A DNA stretch of 64,000 nucleotides from an uncultured Nitrososphaerota archaeon (GCA_963838925.1 CAWISW010000003.1:128001-192000), one strand, 5' to 3'; shown: positions 40,017 to 50,241, numbered from the stretch's first letter. The notes: generated by a model from the letters alone, not told the origin. A program made the numbers and translations.

Positions 40017-43000
40017 ATGAGCGGTCGGCTTATCGATCCATTAATCGAATACTCACAATTTACCCGCCGAGAAGAGGTTCAGAACCTTGACAACGCGTTT
40101 CGCAAGTATCGAAATCAAGCCAAAGAAAGAACCCTCGCGTACTTCACTGGCGAACTCGAGAATAACAGGAGACAGGCACTAGAAATCTCGAACCAAATGA
40201 CAAGGGAAGCGGTGAGACTTTCGATAATTGGCGACCTTGTGCGAAAAAATAGTCTCGTAGAATCACCCGAAGGGAGAAGATGGTACGAATATCATCTGAT
40301 TGCAGCCAGAAACTATCAGAAAGTATTCGAATTATCTAGCAGGGAAAATGCCTTTGCGAAAGATGAGGCTCTCTACATTTTCCTTCTAATGTCTTCCGCA
40401 GAATTCCACAATGCAATGCAACATTCGAGCGCGTTCTCCCTTTGTCAAGAGGCCAAAGTGATGATAAAGAGTCTGCTCAAGGAGAAACGTGATTGGTTCG
40501 AGGAAAATTTGTATAGATTTCACTTATTGTTACTAGACTTCTTTTCTGACGATTACGGCCAACTGAGTGAAAGAATCAAGCTGTACCAAGCAGATTTGGA
40601 TGCGAAGCTTGATGGCCAAATGGAATTGTCCATCTATGACTTGCTCGACCTTCAATGTTTGATTTCGATCACGACTTGCATGGCAGATTTTTCGAGTTAC
40701 GTTACAAAAGGAGAGAGAGATGCGCTGGAAAAGTGTAAGGCGGGTCTTGAATTCTGCAGGGAAGCTTGTGATCGCAGCGGACGGCCAGATTTTCGATATG
40801 CTGTTGACAAATTGACATCATCGATTCAAACATCATCAGTGCTATCAGTATGGAACATTGGAAGTCAATCCGGATCTAATCTTTCAAACGCTGATGGATT
40901 GAACGAATTCATTCATTCAAAAGTCAAGAACAACATGTATTTTCTGTTTCCTTCTCAATATGAAGCCCTTGGTCATGGCTTCCTAGACTCGGATGCAAAA
41001 CGGGTCCTTCTATCGACACCGACGGGCGCAGGAAAGACGTTCTTGGCTGAGCTCACGCTGCTTCAGGAGATTCTCAAGGATTGGTCGGACGACTCAATTG
41101 CGATATACATGGTACCATCGCGAGCTTTGGCCCGAGAAAAATTCGAGGACTTGCGAAGAACTTTCAGCGGCTTGCCAACATTCAACAAAAGAGTTTGTCA
41201 AGTTACCGGTGAAATACTTCTCGATGCGAAGCGGGCCATGGAGGAAAACGACATCTTGGTAGTTACGCCTGAAAAATTTGATATGCTGATGCGTAACCGG
41301 TTCTACGGAAATAATGTAAAATGCCTGATCATTGATGAATTTCACAACATGCGATCTGGATATAGGGGAATCAGAATTGAGTTCGATCTCATTAGATTTC
41401 TGGAATTGTTCCCTAAGTCGAAAACCGTTCTAATCTCTGCAATAGTTTCGAATTTTGATGACGTCAAAAAATGGTTTGTTGCGGATAAGGACTTTGAGAC
41501 TACATGGAGGCCTACCTTCGCAAGAATTGGGATCTTCGATGCTAGAGCCAATCGTATCATCAGATTCACTGACGGCGCATCGTACGACGTATCTCTCCCC
41601 ATCGGAATGAGAAATAATGCCCATCAAAAACAAGCAGCCTATCTGGCTAAGTCATTTGCATCTGAAGGAGCTACTATGATCTTTTGCAGTAATAAATTTG
41701 CTGTCGACTATTGCGCCAGGAAGATACTCGAACTTGCGGATGGCGATATCAGGTTCAACTCTGACATGAATGTCCAATACGCCACTAAACTGTCGAGAGT
41801 TATTGGTGAAAAGGAAGAGATCTACGAATTTTTTAGGGCGGGAATAGGCGTTCATCGGGGGGATCTCCCTCATATTATCAGAAGAATAATGGAAGATGCG
41901 GTAAGAAGCAACGCGATAAACTTGCTTGTTAGCACAACCACTCTAGTTGAAGGAGTTAATCTCCCTTTGAGGACAATCATCATTCCGATTCCCGAAGTGG
42001 GTGGCGAGCCGCTTCCAATCGGTCTATTTTTCAACATTCTTGGGAGAGCAGGTCGACCCGGCAAGGAAATAGAAGGTCAAGTAATATTTGTTGCCAGCAG
42101 AGGGAAAAAGGCGCATACAACAGAAGATCTAGAGCGATACGAAACTGCAACTAGAAAGGATATTGAGAGAATCGTGACTCCCCTAGTTCGAATAATAGAA
42201 CTGAAAGACAAACTTGAGAATCCGGGCGAGGTGAAGATGAAACAACGTCACGAACGGGAACTTGGGATGCATGAGGCCGTTCTCGATACAATGTTGTTGT
42301 CTGCACTGGTTGAAAAACTGGTTCAGGCCATCTCGGGAGATTCCCTTCTCAACAGAATCGTTGTTGAAGGCTCGGTTAACCTAACCCCAGGTAGTAGAAG
42401 AGCGCTATTGAAGATACTGGAGGATTCGGAAGCAAGACTCTTGGATTCAAAGTCTGTCTTGAAAGATAGCAACAAACTAACAATAACAGGATTTGGAAAG
42501 ATGGCATACAAGACTGGATTCTCTCCGTCAACTTGCCGAGATCTATTTGAAAAAATGAGCGAAGTAATCAATGCGATGGATCAAACTAACATGAAGGGAA
42601 GAATCACAAATAATAGTACTGTGCTCTATTCAATTCTCAGGCATCTGGAAGGTTTGGTGGAAGCTGGCGCCTATTTCTCGGATGGAGTTCCAGTAGAGTA
42701 TGTTAGTATTCTTTCAGATTGGATAAAAGGTGTTTCGTCGTCAAGACTGGCTGAAGTTTACTTTAGGAACAGCAAAAACAAGATGACTGAGACCTTGCTA
42801 CAAGTTGACGGTCTCTTGTCAGGATTCTCTGCATGGTACACATATGCATTGAGCCTAATTATGGAGTTCTTCTTGGAAGAGAAAGGAGTTCCTGGCTCGA
42901 AATACATCAATTATATCAGAAATCTGCCGCGATATTGTTTCTATGGCTCGTATGATCGATTAGTGCTTTATATTCTACAAAGAGACACATCCAAAGAACT

Positions 43001-43175
43001 TTTTCGAGATGATATTCTAAAATTTGTAAGTGCATTCGACAGAAACACCCTTTACAGAATTATCGGAAACCCAAGTTTGCTTGACACTACGGAAACTACG
43101 GGGCGAGTGAACAAAATCGACTTATCGCTTCCAGATGACTTTCGACAGACGCTAAAGCGAATATTGGCAGGATAA
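40017..43175 (+). CDS. Ski2-like DEAD/DEAH helicase, Hachiman HamB-like
   Basis: TPTGAGKT, PSRALA, TPEK, DEFH, STTTLVEGVNLP, GRAGR; long helical N-terminus. Confidence 0.8.
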   Translation: MSGRLIDPLIEYSQFTRREEVQNLDNAFRKYRNQAKERTLAYFTGELENNRRQALEISNQMTREAVRLSIIGDLVRKNSLVESPEGRRWYEYHLIAARNYQKVFELSSRENAFAKDEALYIFLLMSSAEFHNAMQHSSAFSLCQEAKVMIKSLLKEKRDWFEENLYRFHLLLLDFFSDDYGQLSERIKLYQADLDAKLDGQMELSIYDLLDLQCLISITTCMADFSSYVTKGERDALEKCKAGLEFCREACDRSGRPDFRYAVDKLTSSIQTSSVLSVWNIGSQSGSNLSNADGLNEFIHSKVKNNMYFLFPSQYEALGHGFLDSDAKRVLLSTPTGAGKTFLAELTLLQEILKDWSDDSIAIYMVPSRALAREKFEDLRRTFSGLPTFNKRVCQVTGEILLDAKRAMEENDILVVTPEKFDMLMRNRFYGNNVKCLIIDEFHNMRSGYRGIRIEFDLIRFLELFPKSKTVLISAIVSNFDDVKKWFVADKDFETTWRPTFARIGIFDARANRIIRFTDGASYDVSLPIGMRNNAHQKQAAYLAKSFASEGATMIFCSNKFAVDYCARKILELADGDIRFNSDMNVQYATKLSRVIGEKEEIYEFFRAGIGVHRGDLPHIIRRIMEDAVRSNAINLLVSTTTLVEGVNLPLRTIIIPIPEVGGEPLPIGLFFNILGRAGRPGKEIEGQVIFVASRGKKAHTTEDLERYETATRKDIERIVTPLVRIIELKDKLENPGEVKMKQRHERELGMHEAVLDTMLLSALVEKLVQAISGDSLLNRIVVEGSVNLTPGSRRALLKILEDSEARLLDSKSVLKDSNKLTITGFGKMAYKTGFSPSTCRDLFEKMSEVINAMDQTNMKGRITNNSTVLYSILRHLEGLVEAGAYFSDGVPVEYVSILSDWIKGVSSSRLAEVYFRNSKNKMTETLLQVDGLLSGFSAWYTYALSLIMEFFLEEKGVPGSKYINYIRNLPRYCFYGSYDRLVLYILQRDTSKELFRDDILKFVSAFDRNTLYRIIGNPSLLDTTETTGRVNKIDLSLPDDFRQTLKRILAG

Positions 43176-43267
43176 TTCATTGCTGCTGCCCGGTTACAAT
43201 TGATTGTATGCAATGGGTGCTGGGGGTAGATTTTTTTTGGGCGCTGCGTTGGATTACCGTCGTACGC

Positions 43268-43308
43268 GGGTTCATTTCGCCTACGCCGGGCATTTCACAC
43301 ACACGTTG
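43268..43308 (+). repeat. cassette-boundary repeat copy 1 (degenerate)
   Basis: GGGTTCATTTCGCCTACGCCGGGCATTTCACACACACGTTG. Confidence 0.8.
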
Positions 43309-43359
43309 GACGACGGATAGCGCAACAACCCCGTCACATTCACTTGGTTTCGGACAGAG

Positions 43360-43734
43360 TCAACGTCCCTGTAGCAGGATCTCTCTAGCCTCGTTGATGT
43401 CTCTCATCTTTGCTGCCGATCCCCCCGGTCTGTCTGGGTGCCACACCATGGCCATCCTCTTGTAGGCCGCCTTGATCTCGGCCTCGGTCGCACCGACCCT
43501 GACGCCCAAGACCTGGGCGGCCCTTGGGATCTCTTTGACGGCGCCCAGGTCGAACGGATTGCGACGGTCGTCTTGGTGGTCCGGTCTTCGGCGGTTATTG
43601 TAAGGGTCTCTCTCGCGCTGCCTCCTGACCCGCTCCTCGTCGGCGCGCCATAGCTCCTCGTAGATCATTCTGCGGCGCTCCTCCGTGCGCGCCCAATCCT
43701 CTGTCTCCGTTTCCTCCTGAGCTTGCGTCCGCAT
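43360..43734 (-). CDS. protein with C-terminal DnaJ J-domain
   Basis: VLGV...A...EIK.AY...A..WHPD..GG......INEA. Confidence 0.85.
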   Translation of the reverse strand: MRTQAQEETETEDWARTEERRRMIYEELWRADEERVRRQRERDPYNNRRRPDHQDDRRNPFDLGAVKEIPRAAQVLGVRVGATEAEIKAAYKRMAMVWHPDRPGGSAAKMRDINEAREILLQGR

Positions 43735-43992
43735 CGGGAAGGTTTGGCGTTGTGCTGGTATTTAAGCCGCCGATTCGTTGTCCTTAGAGTCACCGAAGGA
43801 ATTTCTTGCGATGACGCTGGAATTCATGTTACTGCTCGGGAGAGTTCATTCCAACGCGGCCGAGAAAGATTCTGATCTGGAGGCGGCCCGAATCCCGGCC
43901 ATGGCAGGAAGAAGTGAAAGACCAAGATGTTCGACGAGGGCTAGCAAATGTCAATAAGGTCCTGATTCCGCACGTGGTGGAAGGGAGAAACA

Positions 43993-44721
43993 CTGGCTAC
44001 GGAGAAAGTAGTCTTTGTAAGAGTCAAACTGGAGGAAAGAGTTGCACAAAACGTACTTTCCAGATTGAATGATATTCCCGAGCTCGTAACTATCAATCGA
44101 GTTCGACAGACTGAGCTGTATAACATCTTCTTCCGAGTCACGGATGATTCTATTGAATCATTGCGCTCGAGACTCAAAGCTACAGGTGTCAAAGTTAGAG
44201 AGTTCGTCGTAATTGCCGAAAGTAGGAAATTGGGAAGCTCCTTCGATAGGACTGTCTTTCAATTCAAACAGGTGTCGTATGCCCTCGTTGGAGATAGGGT
44301 ATCAGGAGACGAACAACCGCAATTCAGACTTAGCGAGAATAGATTGGCGATAATTACTAGAGAGTTAAAGAGCTTAGAATTGGATTGGATTTCCGACAGG
44401 CTTGAGTCCAGTTGGTTGATGAGTCACATGATACTGCAAACTCAAGAAAAGAACAGCGCGCTGCCAAACGCTACTGATTTCCTCTTTCGAAGTCTATCTT
44501 CGCTATACGAGTCCTTCATTTCACAAGCTCTCGTCGACATGGGAGAGATGTTCGGTAACCTGGATGAAGCTAATGAGAAGAGATTCTTCAATGAATACAA
44601 TGAATTGACGCTCGAATTGCGCGACTTTGTTGAAATGAGGAGGGCCTACGTCAATGCAGCTGACGAACAGGGGTTACGCAATTCTTACGTAAGATCGCTT
44701 TCAGCGAACAGGAGAGGATAA
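43993..44721 (+). CDS. hypothetical protein with possible AsnC/ACT-like N-terminal domain (CTG start at 43993 inferred; ORF track starts at 44065)
   Basis: Frame open from 43966; AAGGGAG precedes the CTG; stop overlaps the next ATG. Confidence 0.6.
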   Translation: MATEKVVFVRVKLEERVAQNVLSRLNDIPELVTINRVRQTELYNIFFRVTDDSIESLRSRLKATGVKVREFVVIAESRKLGSSFDRTVFQFKQVSYALVGDRVSGDEQPQFRLSENRLAIITRELKSLELDWISDRLESSWLMSHMILQTQEKNSALPNATDFLFRSLSSLYESFISQALVDMGEMFGNLDEANEKRFFNEYNELTLELRDFVEMRRAYVNAADEQGLRNSYVRSLSANRRG

Positions 44722-45380
44722 TGACCGTCAAGAAAGCTTGGTTGGGAGGCGACTTGAAACACTTACGCGTATTGGTGAGAAATGAATCAGTTGACGCAGC
44801 GCATTACTTCACTTTTCCTGCCGAGAGGGGTCGAACCAAACTGGACGATGTTGAACCTGTCCAACGAGGAAGACTAAGGCTTCCAGGTCGAAGCTTCACT
44901 ATTATGTTATCCCGTCTTCATTACCTAGGTTTGGTCATATGGATCGACCCTAAGATTCACGAAAGAGATGGTTCGCTCAGACCTTTGTGCAGATTTGCAT
45001 TGAGTGTGCATACTCCATGCATCGATATGGGAGAGAAATCCAAAGTTTGGGAAAAGAAGGACGTCGCGGACGCGGAAAAAACCAGCGGGTTCCAAAGAGC
45101 GCAATTTTGGTTGGCCCTGCGTCTATTTGACCTCTTATACTGGATAACAAGTGATCCTTCGCTTAAGGAATATCCAAATGTGTTTGAGGAGCGCGAGGGC
45201 GTTGGATTCGAATCAATTCAATTGTTTGATAGGAAGTCCATTGTGAATCAGACCAGGTACTTGCTGTTTGTTTGTCAAGACTCGGACTTAAATCTGGTCA
45301 AGGAGTTCACGAAGACATCGCCAGATTCGATGGAGAAAAGAGAACTTGAGGACTTCTTGCTCAAGCTCGGAATCCCATAG
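44721..45380 (+). CDS. hypothetical protein, translationally coupled to the upstream gene
   Basis: TAATG overlap; 219 aa. Confidence 0.65.
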   Translation: MTVKKAWLGGDLKHLRVLVRNESVDAAHYFTFPAERGRTKLDDVEPVQRGRLRLPGRSFTIMLSRLHYLGLVIWIDPKIHERDGSLRPLCRFALSVHTPCIDMGEKSKVWEKKDVADAEKTSGFQRAQFWLALRLFDLLYWITSDPSLKEYPNVFEEREGVGFESIQLFDRKSIVNQTRYLLFVCQDSDLNLVKEFTKTSPDSMEKRELEDFLLKLGIP

Positions 45381-45608
45381 CTCAAGACGCGCACTTGTCG
45401 GCCGATGAATTGTGTCGGGGTGTAATTTGGAGTATCCCTTAGAGAGGTATTGGTCGGGCGAGGTAGAATCATGTAAGAATAGCGCCCAGTAACCCAGTGG
45501 GTTCGATCTACTGCACTCTGGTTCCAGACCGTCCTAGTTCCAGTTTCTCAGGAGATCTTCTCCGCAACCGCGGGATACTTTCGGGTGGCTTCGCTTTCTA
45601 TTGAATTC

Positions 45609-45655
45609 AGGGCTTGTAGCCATACTCAGGGTTCATTGCGCCTCCGCCGTGGCAT
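45609..45655 (+). repeat. cassette-boundary repeat copy 2
   Basis: AGGGCTTGTAGCCATACTCAGGGTTCATTGCGCCTCCGCCGTGGCAT. Confidence 0.9.
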
Positions 45656-45706
45656 ATCTTCCTCCGTCAATCGGCTCGAAAATTCGCAGAAGAGGTTGAA
45701 TCCAAT

Positions 45707-48700
45707 TCATAGTTTGGTAGGTGCGAGTTGCAGGTGGCAAGCTATTCTCGGAAAATCCTTCTTGTCAATCGCAAGGATAACTCCTTGCCCAAGCTTTTGC
45801 AAGATAGCCATGACGGCGCATGCAGATCTATAATCCATCAGAAGTCTGGCCTCTACGTTTGCTTGGTCCTCCAGATTCACCTCGAAAACGCCCTTGGGCA
45901 AGAGACGTTCGCAAGATCTCTTGACTTTCTGCGATTCTATAGAAATTGGTAGAATCTCATTCTCGTCCTTGAATTGGTTTAGACTGAAAATTGCTCTTGA
46001 CGGAGAAGATAGCTTAACGCAGTCTGGGGAGATGAACCTCGAGTGAGCCAAGTTAGCTCTTATGATGAATTCGATTGAATCACGCATGAAGGCATAGAGT
46101 TCCCCTTCTTGCTGTGGGCCTATTGGCTTCTCATGAGAAGCTCGCGTATCTTGACGCTCAAATCCTACAGAAAGATATCCGTACAGACGATCTTCGCTCC
46201 ATCCCGGAAAGAGAAACGAGAATATCCTGTTCCAGTTCTTCCTTCCTTCGGGAGAATTTGTCTTTCCGGTCATAATGAGTTTGTACTCTCCCCGATTCAC
46301 GCCTTCGAACTCATTGGCAACAGTGAGTCCGTTTTGCTCGGCCTCCTGAAGTTTCGATACTATATGTTGCCGGATATTTGGATCAACGTGTTCTATGCGA
46401 TTGGTCCTGCCTCCGTAGTACATGGTGAAAGCATTGAAAAGAAACATTCTCAGCTTTCTCTCCACGTATTTCGTTATTCTGGAGTTTATCTGATCATAAC
46501 GTGGCCAGATGAGGAACTCTTTCAAAAGGTCCCGACACTCGTGGAATAACTCGATTTCTTCGTTTGTGAGGCCTGTAATCGGGATTATGAGGCGTTTTTT
46601 TCCTTCGTACTCGTCCTTGAAGAACTGTATTATTATCGAAAAGGAATCATGATAGTAGGCAACCAACTGCTTCGCGAAGTCCTTCGGTCTGCCTTCGTCT
46701 GCGATGAGTTTCTCTGTGTCTAGGAACTTTGTAACGGCTTCCGGTGAACTCCAAAAGTCCTTCCAGAAGTAGATTGTCGCGAGGTCATCATCCGTAGTTG
46801 GGCTAAGTCCTTCGAAGACCCGATATGCTCTTGTTAGAGATGCAAGAGATGAGACGCAATTCTTAGCAAGCTCCCATTCCTGCCCGCTCGAGAGTTGCGC
46901 GTCTTCATGTCGAAGAATGTCCAAGTGGAATCGTTTTGCCTCCTCCAGGAAGACAGATAGTGGACTTGGGGCTTGGGGAAGAATGGAATCAATGAAATCG
47001 ACTTCGAGGTTCTTTGGTTTCGCTTGCTCCTTTTTCTCGCCGTAGAGTTTCGGAATGTAGTAGTCAATCGTCAAGTCGTATTTTCGTTTCGTTTGCTCAC
47101 TAAGTACTACCAATGGCTTCGATATGTAGAAAATGGGCTCGTTCTTCCAAGTTCTGAAGACGAGGCCGGCATTCTCAAGGTACCACATGCGTTTTGCCAT
47201 TGAAGAGTCCTTCTTCAATTCCGAGTCCGTGATCCCTTTCTCGACGTATACATCAGCAAGCAAATTCAAACACTCGTCGCGCTGACTTGGCTTGAGATTC
47301 ATACCAGTCATTAGACGTCGGATTGGTCTTATGACAAGAGGATTTGACTCTATTATCGCTCTTATCTCGTTCAACGTGCTTGCGGGTACAATCAATTCGG
47401 GTTCGCCGTTTTCGTACGCAAGGGCGACCTGACGCAGAACCTCGCGAATTGTGAAGAAGTCGGGAGTGCGTTCGCGCTTTATCTTAAAGAAGACTTTCTC
47501 GATGAACTTGGTGTTTACTTTGACCGGATTGTCCGGATTCTTGGAAAATGCTCTCAATCTTCGATTCACAACGTCGAGTGCCCAATCTATTTCCAACGGA
47601 GGCATTGGCTCTGCACGCTCTATCGAGCCCGAAAACTGTGGATTGTTGACTATTCGTCCATACAAATCGTTCGAGGATTCCACGTAGAAGCATATTGAGT
47701 TCATTCCGGTATTCCGTTTGAGTTCTCGCGTCAAACTCTGAAGATCACTCAAGAATTGCACGGCCACATCCAAGTCTCCCTTGTGAAGGTCTTCTACGAA
47801 GATGACAAGTCCCTTGACGCTACTTGTTCGTGCGAGCGATGAGATTATTTTTTCAATGCTCTCCATCTTATCATTCGGATTCAATTCAGTAAGGAAGACG
47901 CCATGAACTCGCGCCACATCTAGCAGTTTGTTGTAGAGTTGTCTCGTGCAATCATAGTTGACCGTCTCTATATCGTGTGCGGTGCTCACGGAGAGATAGA
48001 TTGCCATCGCTCTTTCACGATAGAGTTTGGAGCCGAGATACTCAAAGAAGGTGGATTTTCCAGAGCCATAGAGCCCATAGACGAGAGTGTTCCCGAATAG
48101 CTTGTCTGGATGCTTCTCCAATAGAGAGAGATACTTGATAAAGATTGGAGTTTCGTGAATGATTTGATCATACATGTCTGGGTGAAAATTCGAAATCCCG
48201 ACTGTGTTCGGAGGGAATGGGTCTTGGGTGAGTCCCCTTTGTTCCCACCATTCAACTTCTTCTTCTTGTTCCGACTTGGCGATTTCGGCTTCATCTAGTA
48301 CAGGATTGTCTAAAGAGTCCAAAATTGAGCTGACTTCTTCCCTCCTGAGGAGAATCTCTTCGTCGAGCGCCTTGAGCTCATCACTCTTGGCCTTGAGTGC
48401 CCGTTCCCCGGCTTCCTTCTCTAGTTCTTCCAATATCTCGTGTTTCTTCTCCTCGTCTTCAAGCACTTTCCGATTTACGAGATGCTCGAGTTTGGGAGAC
48501 TCCACCCTTAGTCTCAGTTTGTCTCGAAAGAAGTCTTTGTTCTGCACATTGTCTCGAAAGAATGGAAGTATCAGTATCCTATCAAGTTCTTCTGACGATT
48601 TGATTTGAGAGCTCTCAATCATCAACGAAAGCGCGGTTTCCGCGATTTCCCTGTCTCTTGGTGGGGAGAGTTTCGCGTAATTGAGAAAGAAATCCTGCCT

Positions 48701-48793
48701 TACTTCCTTGAAGTTATCCTTCGGGAATGGGTCTAATCGGAACCATTTTGAGTATCTGACTATGAATTCTCGAATAGCCTCCCTGCGATCCAT
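45707..48793 (-). CDS. large P-loop NTPase with putative C-terminal Swt1-like HEPN domain
   Basis: GL..DPF, GLYGSGKST Walker A, IFVEDLH Walker B; C-terminal VE.KLR.F and R-x6-H (RQDTRASH). Confidence 0.65.
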   Translation of the reverse strand: MDRREAIREFIVRYSKWFRLDPFPKDNFKEVRQDFFLNYAKLSPPRDREIAETALSLMIESSQIKSSEELDRILILPFFRDNVQNKDFFRDKLRLRVESPKLEHLVNRKVLEDEEKKHEILEELEKEAGERALKAKSDELKALDEEILLRREEVSSILDSLDNPVLDEAEIAKSEQEEEVEWWEQRGLTQDPFPPNTVGISNFHPDMYDQIIHETPIFIKYLSLLEKHPDKLFGNTLVYGLYGSGKSTFFEYLGSKLYRERAMAIYLSVSTAHDIETVNYDCTRQLYNKLLDVARVHGVFLTELNPNDKMESIEKIISSLARTSSVKGLVIFVEDLHKGDLDVAVQFLSDLQSLTRELKRNTGMNSICFYVESSNDLYGRIVNNPQFSGSIERAEPMPPLEIDWALDVVNRRLRAFSKNPDNPVKVNTKFIEKVFFKIKRERTPDFFTIREVLRQVALAYENGEPELIVPASTLNEIRAIIESNPLVIRPIRRLMTGMNLKPSQRDECLNLLADVYVEKGITDSELKKDSSMAKRMWYLENAGLVFRTWKNEPIFYISKPLVVLSEQTKRKYDLTIDYYIPKLYGEKKEQAKPKNLEVDFIDSILPQAPSPLSVFLEEAKRFHLDILRHEDAQLSSGQEWELAKNCVSSLASLTRAYRVFEGLSPTTDDDLATIYFWKDFWSSPEAVTKFLDTEKLIADEGRPKDFAKQLVAYYHDSFSIIIQFFKDEYEGKKRLIIPITGLTNEEIELFHECRDLLKEFLIWPRYDQINSRITKYVERKLRMFLFNAFTMYYGGRTNRIEHVDPNIRQHIVSKLQEAEQNGLTVANEFEGVNRGEYKLIMTGKTNSPEGRKNWNRIFSFLFPGWSEDRLYGYLSVGFERQDTRASHEKPIGPQQEGELYAFMRDSIEFIIRANLAHSRFISPDCVKLSSPSRAIFSLNQFKDENEILPISIESQKVKRSCERLLPKGVFEVNLEDQANVEARLLMDYRSACAVMAILQKLGQGVILAIDKKDFPRIACHLQLAPTKL

Positions 48794-48895
48794 TATGATG
48801 TCATGTAGTTAGCCTATGTATAAATTCATCAAAGAGCGACCAGAACTCCATGAAGTCAGCATAATATCCAATCCGTAGTGGCTCCGCATGTACAA

Positions 48896-48967
48896 AGGAT
48901 CAATTGCCTCCGCCGGGGCATTTCACTCACACGTTGAGCTATAGGCGGTTAACGGGGCTCAACTAGT
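48896..48967 (+). repeat. cassette-boundary repeat copy 3 (degenerate left arm)
   Basis: AGGATCAATTGCCTCCGCCGGGGCATTTCACTCACACGTTGAGCTATAGGCGGTTAACGGGGCTCAACTAGT. Confidence 0.9.
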
Positions 48968-49003
48968 TAGGAGCTCTGAATAAGTCTGGAAGTGAACGAA
49001 TGG

Positions 49004-49816
49004 TTAATGATTTGACAAGAACTCACTTCTCTTCACAATCTCTAATAGTTTGTCTTTGGTGTCTAGTACATCCTCCAGCGAAGAAGGGCTGAGCGCAATA
49101 TCCAGACCTTGATGGGAAACCTCGTTCCTCAATTCAACGAACCGCTCTGTCAATCGATCATAATCATACCTGTCTAGACCAAGCTTCTGACGCCAATCTG
49201 GATCGTCCTTGATTGCGTGAAAGATCTCGCCCAAACCAAAGCATTCTATCTTCCTGAGTTCTGAATCTTTCTTCTGTCTTTCACTGAAATAGTATTCGAT
49301 TTTGCCGCTCTCGCTTTTCGTAAGTTTACTCATCCAATAGACATCGTTATGGGCCTCTTTCATGGCAGAAAGAAGGTTACTTTCCATCTGGCCGAATAGA
49401 AGATACAACAGTAACCTGACGGGTCGCTTGTCGAAATCAGAATAGGTGACTAGGCCGCAAATCTCATTTTGCTCCAGGACATAGAGAAATTTACTGTTGA
49501 TGATTTTCTTTAGGCCTATGATCACAGGAGTTGACGAGCTGATGAGCTTTGAGTAATGTATATCATGGCAAATATGTTCAAGAGACTTCTCAGAGTCGAG
49601 TTCTTTCTTCAATTCCTCTCTTAATACATACCCCTTGAATTGTTTAGTAGAAGCGTCCATAACTGGTGCTTGGTCGTAGTTTTCTTTGTCGAGCTTATCG
49701 CATACTTCCCGCTTGCTGTGGTTAGAAGCCGGGGCATAAAGGTCGCGAAGAGGCGTCATTATGGCAAGGACAGTAATTTGACCAGTCAAATGGGAATAGT
49801 ATTCTTGGAAAGCCAC
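49004..49816 (-). CDS. CBS-domain + HEPN (RxxxxH) protein
   Basis: IMTP...YDQAPV...GYV and GLVTYSD CBS features; C-terminal ELRNEVSH. Confidence 0.75.
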   Translation of the reverse strand: MAFQEYYSHLTGQITVLAIMTPLRDLYAPASNHSKREVCDKLDKENYDQAPVMDASTKQFKGYVLREELKKELDSEKSLEHICHDIHYSKLISSSTPVIIGLKKIINSKFLYVLEQNEICGLVTYSDFDKRPVRLLLYLLFGQMESNLLSAMKEAHNDVYWMSKLTKSESGKIEYYFSERQKKDSELRKIECFGLGEIFHAIKDDPDWRQKLGLDRYDYDRLTERFVELRNEVSHQGLDIALSPSSLEDVLDTKDKLLEIVKRSEFLSNH

Positions 49817-49890
49817 CTGACCTAGCTCACAATCAACTGATGAAGATTCTTGTAGATGAACGTTATCATTTGATATGCGTGGAAAGTATG

Positions 49891-49923
49891 GTCGCCATAC
49901 ATAGGGTTCATTGCGCCTCCGCC
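49891..49923 (+). repeat. cassette-boundary repeat copy 4 (left arm + spacer only)
   Basis: GTCGCCATACATAGGGTTCATTGCGCCTCCGCC, then the match ends. Confidence 0.9.
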
Positions 49924-49932
49924 TGATGCGGT

Positions 49933-50241
49933 CTAAGTAGTTCCGTCGGTATACCAGCCATCAGGGGAGCCCGCGAAGTTCTCCGGACACGTGGTCACGC
50001 GGCCGAGCCTGAACTGGAGCCAGACCTTGTCCGCCCTCCTCGTTATCTTGACTACCTCGCCCTCCCAGGACTTCACCGGGGTCCTCATCTCCTTGTCCAC
50101 CTTGACGAAGACCGCCTGCGTGTGGTCCGCCAGCCTCTCGGGGTTCATCACGCCGCCGCGGAGCATTTCGTAAGGGTAAGAGGAGACGTTGCCTACCTTG
50201 TCCCAGTGGTTCGAACGGCTGGTAATCAGGACGTATCTCAA
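49933..50241 (-). CDS. hypothetical protein
   Basis: 102 aa, GC-rich codon usage. Confidence 0.6.
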   Translation of the reverse strand: MRYVLITSRSNHWDKVGNVSSYPYEMLRGGVMNPERLADHTQAVFVKVDKEMRTPVKSWEGEVVKITRRADKVWLQFRLGRVTTCPENFAGSPDGWYTDGTT

